Of a DNA stretch of 64,000 nt, positions 27,664-37,363 are shown one piece after another; the first letter of the stretch is position 1; every line of letters starts with the position of its first letter. The position numbers and the translations under genes were made by a program. The stretch spans positions 410,544-474,543 of the forward strand of contig JACPWO010000001.1 in NCBI GenBank assembly GCA_016197005.1. Direction: 5' to 3'. This stretch comes from Candidatus Anderseniibacteriota bacterium (GTDB lineage Bacteria > Patescibacteriota > Andersenbacteria > UBA10190). Below the pieces are notes generated by a model. That model ran no database searches and had not been told where the DNA came from. It saw nothing but the letters and a program-made list of their open reading frames with translations.

Positions 27664-28011
27664 TTAAGCGCCAGAAATAGCACTAATAACGAAGTTAACG
27701 ATAGCTGCTGATAGACCAATAACGATCAATCCAATTACAGCGTAGAGAATTGTATTCTTCGCTTTTTCAGTAGCATCTTCATCGCCTCGAGAGGTGATGT
27801 ACTGGATGCCTCCAAGAATGAGAACGATGGCAGCAACCAAGCCTGCGAGCAAAAGGAATACGTTGATAATATTCACGATTGCTGTTGGCAGATCGCTATC
27901 TGAAACGCCGAGCCCAGCAGGTGCTCCACCTAATTGAGCCAAGGCAATGCTTGGAGCGGCTGCTGTAGCAACAGCGGCTGCGCGCATAAACCACTTAGAC
28001 ATGGAATTCAT
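27664..28011 (-). CDS. Pilin-like small membrane protein (TrbC/VirB2-like / T4SS-pilin-like two-helix protein), paralog 1
   Basis: Signal-like MNSMSKWFMRAAAVATAAAPSIALA, helix 1, the shared motif GGIQYITSRGDEDATEKAKNTILYAVIGLIVIGLSAAIVNFVI, and helix 2. Confidence 0.55.
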   Translation of the reverse strand: MNSMSKWFMRAAAVATAAAPSIALAQLGGAPAGLGVSDSDLPTAIVNIINVFLLLAGLVAAIVLILGGIQYITSRGDEDATEKAKNTILYAVIGLIVIGLSAAIVNFVISAISGA

Positions 28012-28066
28012 ACACGCCTCACCTCCTCCGGTAGTAGATCTTGTGTCATATCTCTTAATGATAATA

Positions 28067-28462
28067 TCACTCAAAAGCTGTTATCACAAAGTTTACAATT
28101 GCGGCAGCAAGACCGACGACTAATAAACCAATCGCAGCATACATAATAGTATGCTTTGCTGTTTCAACCTGACCCTCATCACCTCGAGAGGTAATATATT
28201 GAACACCAGCAATAATGATCACAATGACAGCAACTAACGCTATAAACCCTAAGAAGACATTAATGACTTTTACAACAATACTTTTTATATCTTCCGCTGA
28301 TTCTCCGTCGGCAATGCCTAAATCAGAACCAGATACGGTATCAAATTTAGCTATTTTAAATCCATCTTCCGCATCGGCAATAAGACCAATGATTGGAAAG
28401 GCACTAACCGACATAATACTGACGGTAAATGAGAAAATAACTGTTGAGAGTAAGCGATTCAT
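28067..28462 (-). CDS. Pilin-like small membrane protein, paralog 2
   Basis: 131 aa with the shared module AGVQYITSRGDEGQVETAKHTIMYAAIGLLVVGLAAAIVNFVI. Confidence 0.55.
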   Translation of the reverse strand: MNRLLSTVIFSFTVSIMSVSAFPIIGLIADAEDGFKIAKFDTVSGSDLGIADGESAEDIKSIVVKVINVFLGFIALVAVIVIIIAGVQYITSRGDEGQVETAKHTIMYAAIGLLVVGLAAAIVNFVITAFE

Positions 28463-28515
28463 GAAGTAACGTTAAGGGTTATTTAAGGAGAGGGTTTGGG
28501 ACAAGAAGACCCATT

Positions 28516-28899
28516 TTACGTTGTTAAGGTAATTGCAAAATTTACTATAATGGCGGCTAGACCAATGAGGACTAGCCCAATTACTGCATAAAGTATTACC
28601 CGCTTGCCATGAGCAGCTTTATCTTCATCCCCGGCTGAGGTGATATACAAAAATCCACCATAAATAACTACCGCTACAGCAACAAGACCAACAATACCCA
28701 AAAAGACATCTACAGCCTTTTTAATAAATTCTACCGGTTCTTGTTCTGATAAACCTGTATCCGCGGCAAGAGAGCCGGCACCACCAAAACCAGACTGTAA
28801 ATCAGCACGAGTAATCGTTGGACTTAGAATAAGTACTAAGCCAATAAGGAATAAGCTGTTTGCTAGTAATCTAGATATTTTTGAGCCGCTAAACATCAT
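28516..28899 (-). CDS. Pilin-like small membrane protein, paralog 3
   Basis: Start at MMFSGSKISRLL. Module GGFLYITSAGDEDKAAHGKRVILYAVIGLVLIGLAAIIVNFAI. Confidence 0.55.
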   Translation of the reverse strand: MMFSGSKISRLLANSLFLIGLVLILSPTITRADLQSGFGGAGSLAADTGLSEQEPVEFIKKAVDVFLGIVGLVAVAVVIYGGFLYITSAGDEDKAAHGKRVILYAVIGLVLIGLAAIIVNFAITLTT

Positions 28900-28901
28900 A
28901 T

Positions 28902-29576
28902 TTAATTGATTCCAAAAATATTTCCAACCAGACGTATGATAACGTAAGCAGTGCCTATCAAAACTAACCCCAACACGGCATACCACATGATATGCTTTCC
29001 TTTTTCGACTCGGCGTTCATCGCCAAGGGAAACAACTACCATAAATGCACCAATAATAAACACTGTCGCAGCAACAATCGCTGCTATCGAAGTGATGTAA
29101 TCGACAATGTTATACGCGAGTGTGTAGCTATCAAGATTAGGCAACTTAGTTCCTTCTTTAATTGTATCTAGACCTATAATGCTTTGAGCTGCATAAGCAA
29201 TTGGGATAGACAACAAAGGTCCTTGAGAAACACCAAATATTTCTGTCGCAATAATGCTAATAATAGTGTAAGCCAGTATAGAAACGACTAATCCAGCAAT
29301 TGACCATTTCACAATACCTTTTGCGCTAGAAAGGCCGTGTTCATCGCCGACCGCTACAATCATGCGAATACCCCCAAATACAACTCCGAGTAAGGCTAGG
29401 ATAGCCACAAGACCAAGGAGCCAATTAGTAAAATTAATCAAAACACTTGTAAAAGTGACATTATCACCTAATGGGTTTTTAATAGCTGGGCCTAGTGCTA
29501 GTACATCTCCAGCTGCAATGATAAAGACTAAGGAAAGACAAATGGCCCCTATCGCAATACTAGAGTAATACTTCAT
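28902..29576 (-). CDS. Tandem-duplicated (two-module) pilin-like membrane protein, paralog 4
   Basis: 224 aa containing two copies of the module: GGIRMIVAVGDEHGLSSAKGIVKWSIAGLVVSIL and GAFMVVVSLGDERRVEKGKHIMWYAVLGLVLIG. Confidence 0.55.
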   Translation of the reverse strand: MKYYSSIAIGAICLSLVFIIAAGDVLALGPAIKNPLGDNVTFTSVLINFTNWLLGLVAILALLGVVFGGIRMIVAVGDEHGLSSAKGIVKWSIAGLVVSILAYTIISIIATEIFGVSQGPLLSIPIAYAAQSIIGLDTIKEGTKLPNLDSYTLAYNIVDYITSIAAIVAATVFIIGAFMVVVSLGDERRVEKGKHIMWYAVLGLVLIGTAYVIIRLVGNIFGIN

Positions 29577-30868
29577 AACTCTTCCTTACTTATCCGTTCA
29601 AGCTTATCTTTCGCCTCCTCAAGAGCATCCGGAATACTTTGTATGCCCTTAACGACATTTTCAATCATGGTGTTAAATATAGCATCGGTTGCCACGATAT
29701 CTGAACGTGGCCAGCTGGCAGCAATAAGAGCTTGGTCAGCAAAGACGCCTAGGGTTGGATCAGACTGAACAAGCGGAATGGTATCACGTCGAGCAGGTGG
29801 AGCCACTTGAGCTTCGTTAATTACTTGTGAAGCCGATGCTCCTGTCAAAAAGCGTATTAGTTGCCAGGACAAATCGGGACTGCGCGAGCTGATTGAAACG
29901 GCAAATGGCCAGTAACTCGCAAATGTGACTGGTTTTGAGTTATCAGGAATTTGGGGAACCGGAGCAATACCAAACCGTAGACGTGAATTCTTCGCTCTAA
30001 TAGTGGGTATGTGATAGGAATAGTTAATCATCATTGCGGTCTTGCCTTCTGAAAAAGCATCAATTGAATACGTTTGTGAAGAATCCCAGGTATACACCTT
30101 CTTAGATTTGTTTGCGAAATCGTAATAAAAAATAAGAGCTTTTTCACCAATTTCCCCCTCAGTAATATCTGATCGGCCGTCCTCCTTTAGAATGCTTAAC
30201 CCCTGCTGCATCATCAGCATCTGTAAAACATCGCTCGCCCGGTTAATATTGCTGGCCGTACCCATAGCCGCACCGCTTCCCCCGTCTTGGATAATGCCCA
30301 GCCGGCTTACCTTCGTCAGTTTTTCAACTGCTCGTTGAAAGTCAGTCCAAGTCCGAGGCGCATTCGCAATACCAGCAGCGGCCAGCAAGTCTTGGTTATA
30401 GTACAACGCCAACGTGTCTACTGAAGTCGGCAGGGCATATACGAAGTTATCTCGAATAAGGTCATCAAGAACAACCGGAACAAATTCTTCTTGGGCTTGG
30501 CGAAGCGTAATAATCTCCGGTGGAGCTGGACTCATAATTCCCCGCTTACTTTCAACCCAGGTGTGATGAATAACGAATACATCAGGACCACGACCTTCTG
30601 CTAACGCTGTTAGGAGCTCTTGCTCGTAGCTGGCAACATTCCCCATATTCTTGTATTCAACGGCGATTCCCGTTTGAGCCTTGAATTGTTCGAGGAGTGG
30701 GTCGATCCAGGCACTTTCTTGCCACAAGCCCCACACAACCAATGGATCGCCAGTAATACCCTTGTCTCCTACCCCAGTCGGCGTCCGACAACCAAATCCG
30801 GTAAGAGCGAGAATACTTATGACAACAAGAGCAAGGAGAGGTAATTTTGTTCGAAAAGAGGTATTCAT
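29573..30868 (-). CDS. Extracellular solute-binding protein family 1 (ABC-type sugar-binding protein-like), probable lipoprotein
   Basis: 431 aa. Signal peptide with Cys (LALTGFGC), then a periplasmic binding fold (VVWGLWQE...DVFVIHHTWV...ALPTSVDTLALYYNQDLL). No permease or ATPase partner is in the window. It overlaps the next gene by 4 nt. Confidence 0.75.
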   Translation of the reverse strand: MNTSFRTKLPLLALVVISILALTGFGCRTPTGVGDKGITGDPLVVWGLWQESAWIDPLLEQFKAQTGIAVEYKNMGNVASYEQELLTALAEGRGPDVFVIHHTWVESKRGIMSPAPPEIITLRQAQEEFVPVVLDDLIRDNFVYALPTSVDTLALYYNQDLLAAAGIANAPRTWTDFQRAVEKLTKVSRLGIIQDGGSGAAMGTASNINRASDVLQMLMMQQGLSILKEDGRSDITEGEIGEKALIFYYDFANKSKKVYTWDSSQTYSIDAFSEGKTAMMINYSYHIPTIRAKNSRLRFGIAPVPQIPDNSKPVTFASYWPFAVSISSRSPDLSWQLIRFLTGASASQVINEAQVAPPARRDTIPLVQSDPTLGVFADQALIAASWPRSDIVATDAIFNTMIENVVKGIQSIPDALEEAKDKLERISKEEL

Positions 30869-31404
30869 CAGGACTTTTTCAATATGAGGCCGTAATGGTA
30901 AGGACTTGGCTTAAATTCTTTTTCGACAGAAAGGTTAGCGTTTTGGGCAAATTGAATAACGTCATTCTTTGGTCGACGAGCCTCGGACGGCGGCCCAAAA
31001 GGTGTGGCGCCTGTATCCCACTCAACCACAACAACACGACCACTGGTTGATACAATACGAGCAGCTTCCTGAAATATTTTCTCAGGATCAGATTGATGCA
31101 AGATGTTGGCAGTAAGCACCCAATCAATATCGTTATCAGGCAACCCACTGCCCCCTACTTGCTCAAGATTGGCCCGCTTCGTAGAGACGATATCTTCCAA
31201 GTTTTCTCGTTTGGCCTTGTTTTCTACCTCAGCCAGCATGTCCGGCAAGATATCAAAGCCGTACGCCTTTCCCTTTGCGCCGACAATATGGGCTGCTGGC
31301 AATAAATAAAACCCAGCACCGCAGCCTAAGTGCACTACTTTTTGCTGAGCGCGAAGACCTAAGTTGCGCCAAAACGCGTCGGGACGAATGAAGGAGTCAT
31401 TCAT
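30868..31404 (-). CDS. Class I SAM-dependent methyltransferase
   Basis: 178 aa with motif I VVHLGCGAGFY and a short Rossmann fold. Confidence 0.75.
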   Translation of the reverse strand: MNDSFIRPDAFWRNLGLRAQQKVVHLGCGAGFYLLPAAHIVGAKGKAYGFDILPDMLAEVENKAKRENLEDIVSTKRANLEQVGGSGLPDNDIDWVLTANILHQSDPEKIFQEAARIVSTSGRVVVVEWDTGATPFGPPSEARRPKNDVIQFAQNANLSVEKEFKPSPYHYGLILKKS

Positions 31405-31478
31405 AGATATCTAATACAACGCCATCATACCACACCCACTTACGGCAACGAAAAAACAGATTGTAGTCTTATTGCGCC

Positions 31479-33968
31479 TTAGTCTTCCTCGCTCTGCCAA
31501 CTGGTAAAGGTAGCTACTTTTCCGCTTTTATCAGTAGGACGCATAATACGAACACCTTGAGTTGATCGGCCTTGAATGGTAGCTGATTTGCTTGGCACGC
31601 GAATAACTTGGCCCCGCTCGGAAATAACAAGCAGGTCGGTTGTACTAACGGATTCGCTGTCAACGAGGGCTGAATTCACAATAACTCCAGTCTTAGGCGT
31701 GAGTTTGGCTGTTTTAATACCAGAGCCACCTCTTCCTTGGACACGATAGTCCTTGATTGGGGTTCGTTTGCCAAACCCTTCGGTCGTTATAACCAACACT
31801 TCATGACCATCTAATTTTCCATTGGCAATAACGTGCATACCAGCTACTTCATCACCACCTTTGAGGTTAATCCCGCGTACGCCTGCAGCCGGCCGCCCCA
31901 TAGCCCGAACATCCTTTTCAGAGAAATGAATGGCTTGTCCCTTACGGGTTACTAAAATGATATGGTCTTTGCCCGAGGAGGCGGCAACCCATTCCAGAGC
32001 ATCTCCATCATTAAGACCAATAGCTTTAAGACCAGAGCGACGGATGTTTTCAAACTCAGTACGGGATGTTTTTTTGATAAGACCGCGGCGAGTCGCCATG
32101 ACTAAGTACTCCCCCACATCTTCCGCGGCTGGGAGAACTTGCATAGCTGTTACCTTTTCATCTGGCCCTAATTCTAAGAAGTTTTGGACGGCCTGACCCT
32201 TAGCCTGACGGGCAGTCGCCGGAATCTCGTAGGCGCGGGTAGAGAATACTCGTCCTTTATTTGTGAAAAAGAGTAATTGTTTATGAGTGGTAGTGGCTAA
32301 GAAAATATCCACCACATCTTCTTCCTTGGTTGTCATTCCTTTTACGCCCTTACCGCCTCGTCGCTGAACATGATAGGCGCTCGTAGGAATACGCTTGATA
32401 TATCCACCACGAGTAATAGTGACAACCCCTGGTTCATCGGGAACTAAATCTTCCTGAGAGAAATCACCGACTGCTTGAACGAAGATGCGAGTTCGACGGT
32501 CATCGCCATACTTCTTAGACATTTCTACATAGTCGTTTTTAACAATCAGCAAAACCTTTTTTGGATCTTTTAAGATGCCGGTCAGTTCGGCAATGAGTTT
32601 CCTCTTCTCTGCCAGTTCATCTTCTACTTTTTGACGTTCAAGGCCGGCAAGTGTTTGTAGACGCATTTCCAAAATGGCGGTGGCCTGAGGATCAGACAGT
32701 GCAAAACTCTTACGCAAGTTTACATGAGCCAGTTCTTTTGTTTTGCTCTTCTTAATAGTGGCAATGATTTGATCGATGTGATCAAGAGCCTTTTTTAAGC
32801 CTTCTAAGATGTGAGCCCGTTCTTTCGCACGATCAAGATCATACTGCGTACGCTTGGTAACGACGTCCCGTCGGTGATTAATGTGCTCTTGGAGAGTGTC
32901 TTTAAGGGTAAGAACACGAGGCTGACGACCACCATCGACCAAGGCAAGCATGTTTACGTGGAAAGATTTCTGGAGATCAGTGCTAGCAAATAACTGATTC
33001 AACACTTTTCGAGGAAAGGCGTCTTTTTTAAGTTCAATAACAATACGAATACCATCTTTGTCAGATTCATCGCGAAGATCCCGAATACCTTCAAGGCGTC
33101 CTGCCTTTACGCCATCGGCAATGCGAGTAATTAAAGCTGCCTTGTTTACAAGGTATGGAATTTCTCGAACAATAATTTTATGTGCTCCTTTAGCGTCTTC
33201 TTCAATATCGGCAATAGCTCGCATCACGATACTGCCTTTGCCAGTAGCATATGCTTGAATGATTTCCCGACGGTTATATATTGAAGCACCTGTTGGAAAA
33301 TCGGGGCCTTTCACGAACTTCATTAAGTCCTCTACGGTTGCATCTGGATTATCGGCAAGGTAGCGAGCAGCATCACACACTTCTCGCAGGTTGTGAGGTG
33401 GAACGTTAGTAGCCATCCCGACAGCAATACCAATAGTGCCGTTTATTAAGAACTGCGGGATTTTACTGGGCAGAACTGTTGGTTCTTTACGAGTAGCATC
33501 ATAGTTACTAGCAAACCGAACCGTTTCCTTTTCAATATCAAAAAGCATTTCATCAGCAATGGTTTCTAGTCGCGCTTCTGTATAACGAGGAGCAGCAGGG
33601 TTATCGCCGTCAATGCTACCCCAGTTACCTTGGCCATCTACTAAGGGGTAACGAAGAGAGAAATCTTGGGTGAGACGAGCGAGCGCATCATAAATCGCCA
33701 TATCTCCATGCGGGTGAAACTGTGCCATAACCGTACCGACTACGTTGGCAGCTTTGCGGAACTTTGCGGATGAGCGAAGTCCTTGTCGCCACATGGTATA
33801 GAGGATACGACGATTAACCGGCTTGAGACCGTCACGAACATCAGGAAGGGCGCGGGAAACAATAACGCTCATTGCGTAGTCAAGATAACTACGCTGAATT
33901 TCACTCGATAACTCTTGGTCTATAAGTTTCCCAACAGCTTCATCAAATTGTTTTTTTACTTCAGCCAT
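31479..33968 (-). CDS. gyrA: DNA gyrase subunit A
   Basis: 829 aa. An N-terminal YAMSVIVSRALPDVRDGLKPVNRR with the active-site Tyr region, and C-terminal beta-pinwheel repeats. Confidence 0.95.
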   Translation of the reverse strand: MAEVKKQFDEAVGKLIDQELSSEIQRSYLDYAMSVIVSRALPDVRDGLKPVNRRILYTMWRQGLRSSAKFRKAANVVGTVMAQFHPHGDMAIYDALARLTQDFSLRYPLVDGQGNWGSIDGDNPAAPRYTEARLETIADEMLFDIEKETVRFASNYDATRKEPTVLPSKIPQFLINGTIGIAVGMATNVPPHNLREVCDAARYLADNPDATVEDLMKFVKGPDFPTGASIYNRREIIQAYATGKGSIVMRAIADIEEDAKGAHKIIVREIPYLVNKAALITRIADGVKAGRLEGIRDLRDESDKDGIRIVIELKKDAFPRKVLNQLFASTDLQKSFHVNMLALVDGGRQPRVLTLKDTLQEHINHRRDVVTKRTQYDLDRAKERAHILEGLKKALDHIDQIIATIKKSKTKELAHVNLRKSFALSDPQATAILEMRLQTLAGLERQKVEDELAEKRKLIAELTGILKDPKKVLLIVKNDYVEMSKKYGDDRRTRIFVQAVGDFSQEDLVPDEPGVVTITRGGYIKRIPTSAYHVQRRGGKGVKGMTTKEEDVVDIFLATTTHKQLLFFTNKGRVFSTRAYEIPATARQAKGQAVQNFLELGPDEKVTAMQVLPAAEDVGEYLVMATRRGLIKKTSRTEFENIRRSGLKAIGLNDGDALEWVAASSGKDHIILVTRKGQAIHFSEKDVRAMGRPAAGVRGINLKGGDEVAGMHVIANGKLDGHEVLVITTEGFGKRTPIKDYRVQGRGGSGIKTAKLTPKTGVIVNSALVDSESVSTTDLLVISERGQVIRVPSKSATIQGRSTQGVRIMRPTDKSGKVATFTSWQSEED

Positions 33969-33971
33969 ATA

Positions 33972-34214
33972 TTAAGGAAAGTAAGGAGAAATAGAAGGGG
34001 AAACACTCACTGATGGAGTGGGGTCAACTGTGCCCTGAACACGAGGCTCCGCATCATCTCGACCTACAGCAAGTTGAAGGGGGAGTAAGACTACCAGCCA
34101 CAATACAATCATCGTTGCACCACCACCCCACGTAAGAAGCGTGGCGATCCGCAGACGTTCTGCTTCCGGGCGCTGCTGCCAGCTGGTAATCTTTTTCTGA
34201 ATTATCTTCTTCAT
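33972..34214 (-). CDS. Small membrane protein (hypothetical)
   Basis: 80 aa with one TM helix; it sits in a tight operon context upstream of gyrA. Confidence 0.4.
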   Translation of the reverse strand: MKKIIQKKITSWQQRPEAERLRIATLLTWGGGATMIVLWLVVLLPLQLAVGRDDAEPRVQGTVDPTPSVSVSPSISPYFP

Positions 34215-34225
34215 AGTGGCGTCAC

Positions 34226-34855
34226 TTATGGTTTTAGAATGACAGTTTCAACATCCTCATCCGGAAGACGACTAGGACGAAGGACAAGTTTCTTCTCGAC
34301 CTTAGATGCACTTACGCCCATCTCTTTCGCGAACACATCAACTGGATCAAGTTTTTCTTTCCATTTTGGTAGCGCAAAGTGTATTGGGATAATCATGCGC
34401 GGCTCAACATGTGAGATCATCTCAGCTGCTTGCTTACTAGTAAGTGACTCACCACCACCAACGGGGACAATAAGAACATCAATATCCGTCTTAGTAATTT
34501 CTCCTAATTCCTTTTCATCAACTACTCGTGGTAGCGCTCCTAGATATAAAATCACTATTCCTTCTATATGCCAACGAAATATTGAGTACTCGTGCCCATC
34601 TTCTCCCCGAAGACCAAGGCCCTGAAGAGTAAATCCGCGTAGAGTATATTCACCAGGTGAGTCGATGACTTGAGGTTCACCACTGATACCCTTCAGATGA
34701 CTCATGTTCGACTGTGTCGGGTGGGACAGTGCTACTACATCAGCTTTTGCTCGAAAAGGAGTAGGTGAAAGTTCTGGTGCATAAGGGTCCATCACCAGAA
34801 CTGTTTCTTTCGATACTATTTTAATGGTATATCCGCCGTGCCAGCTTATTTGCAT
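34226..34855 (-). CDS. MBL-fold metal-dependent hydrolase (UPF0173-like)
   Basis: 209 aa with ADVVALSHPTQSNMSH and PVGGGE...IPIHF metallo-beta-lactamase-fold signatures. Confidence 0.65.
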   Translation of the reverse strand: MQISWHGGYTIKIVSKETVLVMDPYAPELSPTPFRAKADVVALSHPTQSNMSHLKGISGEPQVIDSPGEYTLRGFTLQGLGLRGEDGHEYSIFRWHIEGIVILYLGALPRVVDEKELGEITKTDIDVLIVPVGGGESLTSKQAAEMISHVEPRMIIPIHFALPKWKEKLDPVDVFAKEMGVSASKVEKKLVLRPSRLPDEDVETVILKP

Positions 34856-34908
34856 AGATTTCAGTGTAGAGCCTGATCGACTATTTGAAAATAGTAATAA
34901 GGTATGTC

Positions 34909-36144
34909 ATGATGCCCGCTATACATATGGATACCGAGACCCCAAAATCCGCAATGGAGCAACTCCTGGCCGAACACGAGGAACTTTCGTCTGTACCCGC
35001 CGTAGGTGACACCATTAATGGAGTAGTAATGGAGAAAACTGGTAACGCTTTATACATCGATATTGGTGCTGTCGGTGTCGGCACTATTTATGGCAAAGAA
35101 CTCTTTGATGATTTAAACACATTTGAAGGAGCCAAGATTGGGCAGCAAGTGCAGGCTACTATCCTGACACTCGATAACGAAGAAGGGTATGTCGAACTAT
35201 CACTGCGCACTGCGACGATGGAGCGCAGCTGGGAAGAGCTACGACGTAAGTACAGCGATACTGTTTCCTTCCCGACTGAGATTATTGACGCCAACAAAGG
35301 TGGTCTCATTATCCGCGTCAGTGGCGTCACTGGCTTCTTACCTGTATCGCAACTAGCACCTGATCATTATCCTCGAGTGGAAGGTGGAGATAAGAACAAA
35401 ATTTTTGATCGTCTGAAAAGTTATGTTGGACAACAGTTTACCGTGAAGATTATTGGTCTTGATCAGGACGAAGAGAAGCTTATTGTCTCAGAAAAGAGTG
35501 CTGTTAGTGACGTTATTAGTTCTACGCTGGAGCAGCTAGGTGAAGGGAAGGTAGTAGAAGGAACTGTAAGTGGTGTCGTCGACTTTGGAATCTTCGTAAA
35601 ATTTACTGAAGGGGGCCAGGAGCTTGAAGGACTCGTTCATATCTCTGAACTTGCTTGGCAGCGTATTGATAGCCCGGCAGATATTGTCAGTCTGGGAGAA
35701 AAAGTAAAAGCAAAAGTTATTGGCATTGATGACGGACTACGTATTTCTCTTTCCATGAAGCAACTTGAAGAAGATCCTTGGACAAAGGTTGGAGATAAAT
35801 ACAAAGTTGGGGACACAGTAAAAGGCGAGATCCTTAAAGTGACTCCATTCGGTGGCTTCATAAAACTCGATGACGCTATCCATGGACTCATCCACGTTTC
35901 AGAGCTTCCTGAAGAAGCAAAGGGTGATCCTACTTCTGTTCTAAAGGCTGGCGAGACAATGAATCTTACTATTATTTCTCTTGATCCAAAGGAGCATCGA
36001 CTTGGTCTGAGTCTACGTGCCACGACCGACAAGAAAGAAAAAAAGACGGAGAGAGCAGAGCCAACCAAAAAGTCAAAAGCTGAAAAGAAACCTGCTACTA
36101 AGAAGAAGACCACAAAAAAGAAAGAAGCTAAAAAGGAAGATTAA
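34909..36144 (+). CDS. rpsA: 30S ribosomal protein S1 (short, 4 S1 domains) with Lys-rich tail
   Basis: Repeated S1 motifs (GVVMEKTGNALYIDIG, VKIIGLD, GTVSGVVDFGIFVKF, GEILKVTPFGGFIKL) followed by a KKxK-rich C-terminus. Start chosen at the ATG with an upstream AAGG. Confidence 0.8.
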   Translation: MMPAIHMDTETPKSAMEQLLAEHEELSSVPAVGDTINGVVMEKTGNALYIDIGAVGVGTIYGKELFDDLNTFEGAKIGQQVQATILTLDNEEGYVELSLRTATMERSWEELRRKYSDTVSFPTEIIDANKGGLIIRVSGVTGFLPVSQLAPDHYPRVEGGDKNKIFDRLKSYVGQQFTVKIIGLDQDEEKLIVSEKSAVSDVISSTLEQLGEGKVVEGTVSGVVDFGIFVKFTEGGQELEGLVHISELAWQRIDSPADIVSLGEKVKAKVIGIDDGLRISLSMKQLEEDPWTKVGDKYKVGDTVKGEILKVTPFGGFIKLDDAIHGLIHVSELPEEAKGDPTSVLKAGETMNLTIISLDPKEHRLGLSLRATTDKKEKKTERAEPTKKSKAEKKPATKKKTTKKKEAKKED

Positions 36145-36147
36145 AAA

Positions 36148-36172
36148 AACCACTCACCAGGGTGGTTTTTAA
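36148..36172 (+). terminator. Rho-independent terminator after rpsA
   Basis: AACCAC-tcaccagg-GTGGTT followed by TTTTT. Confidence 0.6.
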
Positions 36173-36235
36173 AATTCAATCTGCAGAGGGGAAAATTATC
36201 AAGACACTGTAACTAATTATCTTCGATAACCAAAA

Positions 36236-36311
36236 TGGTGGACCCAAGCGGTCTCGAACCGCTGACCTCATCCATGCCATGGATGCGCTCTGCCAACTGA
36301 GCTATGGGCCC
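36236..36311 (-). tRNA. tRNA-Ala (anticodon GGC) with G3:U70 and encoded CCA
   Basis: Minus strand reads GGGCCCA...CATCC-ATGGCAT-GGATG...AGCGG-TTCGAGA-CCGCT-TGGGTCC-A-CCA. The G3-U70 wobble is the alanine identity element. Confidence 0.85.
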
Positions 36312-36343
36312 ATGTGCGATAGCGACCATGATACTATAGGCGC

Positions 36344-37363
36344 ATGTCAGTGACAACAAAAGCAATACTTCCCGCTCTGACTTATATTCTTATTTTTCTT
36401 CGTCCTCTTTGTACCGTATGCAACGCGCCAAGTGTGCCGGAACTCATGTTTGTTTTGTTGGTATTGCTGCCAGCTGCATTTGTATATAAAAAATTTCTGA
36501 ACTCATTTTCCGTACTCGCACTTGTTGCTGTTTTGTCTCTTCATGCACAATGGGGAATCCTACAATTTGCTGTTCAGCAAGATTTTAACCTGTACCTTTT
36601 AGGAGAATCTCCTCTCTCATCCAGATTACCTGGAATCGCAAAGTTTTCTCTTGGCTCAGAGAAAGTTCTACGTGGATATGGTCCATATTCCCATGCCAAT
36701 GTTTTTGGAGGAGCAATGTTAGTAGGTTTAATTTTAGTGAACACACTCCCTCGGAATCGATCTACTTTCCTTATAGGCTCGTTTTTCCTCCTCGCCCTCC
36801 TTCTTTCTTTCTCACGAACAGCCTATGCCGGCTATATTCTCTATGTTTTACTAGGAGCTTTTCGTTCCCACCGATCTTATTTTAAGAAGCTCCTTATACC
36901 GGTTCTGATATGTATAGTCGTAGCTCCTCTCGTATGGCTCCGCGGAACAGACACAGCAAGCAGGGCTTTTTCTGAGCGCTGGCACGGCTATGCCTGGAGT
37001 TTTGCTATTATGCAACAGCAATCATTAGTACGAGGTGCGAGTTTCGGAAATTATAAGGATATTGTGAAACACTACCTTGAACAAAATAATGTCCCACACG
37101 AAATGTGGGAGATCGCCCCGGTTCATTCTGTTCCACTATTACTTGCGATCGAGGTAGGAATTATTCCAACGATTATTCTCATACTTTTGTTTATAACAGG
37201 AATAGGCCTAACGAATATCACCATTCTTTTTGCCCTGGTTCCACCCTTACTGTTTGACCACTACTTTGTGACAGAACTTTCATCACTGTTTCTCCTGGTT
37301 GTGTTGTATACTGCCTCTCATGGAGGAGGGATATCGTCAAAGCACCACGCAGATATTGCGTGA
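36344..37363 (+). CDS. Polytopic membrane protein, O-antigen ligase/Wzy_C-like
   Basis: 339 aa with at least nine TM segments and a LLLSFSRTAYAGYIL motif resembling the Wzy_C/RfaL loop. Confidence 0.45.
   Translation: MSVTTKAILPALTYILIFLRPLCTVCNAPSVPELMFVLLVLLPAAFVYKKFLNSFSVLALVAVLSLHAQWGILQFAVQQDFNLYLLGESPLSSRLPGIAKFSLGSEKVLRGYGPYSHANVFGGAMLVGLILVNTLPRNRSTFLIGSFFLLALLLSFSRTAYAGYILYVLLGAFRSHRSYFKKLLIPVLICIVVAPLVWLRGTDTASRAFSERWHGYAWSFAIMQQQSLVRGASFGNYKDIVKHYLEQNNVPHEMWEIAPVHSVPLLLAIEVGIIPTIILILLFITGIGLTNITILFALVPPLLFDHYFVTELSSLFLLVVLYTASHGGGISSKHHADIA

Noticed and set aside
27934-28469. Plus-strand small ORFs (70 and 84 aa) inside the pilin-like array
   Set aside because: Antisense to the hydrophobic pilin-like genes, and the translations are Ser/Asn-rich low-complexity.
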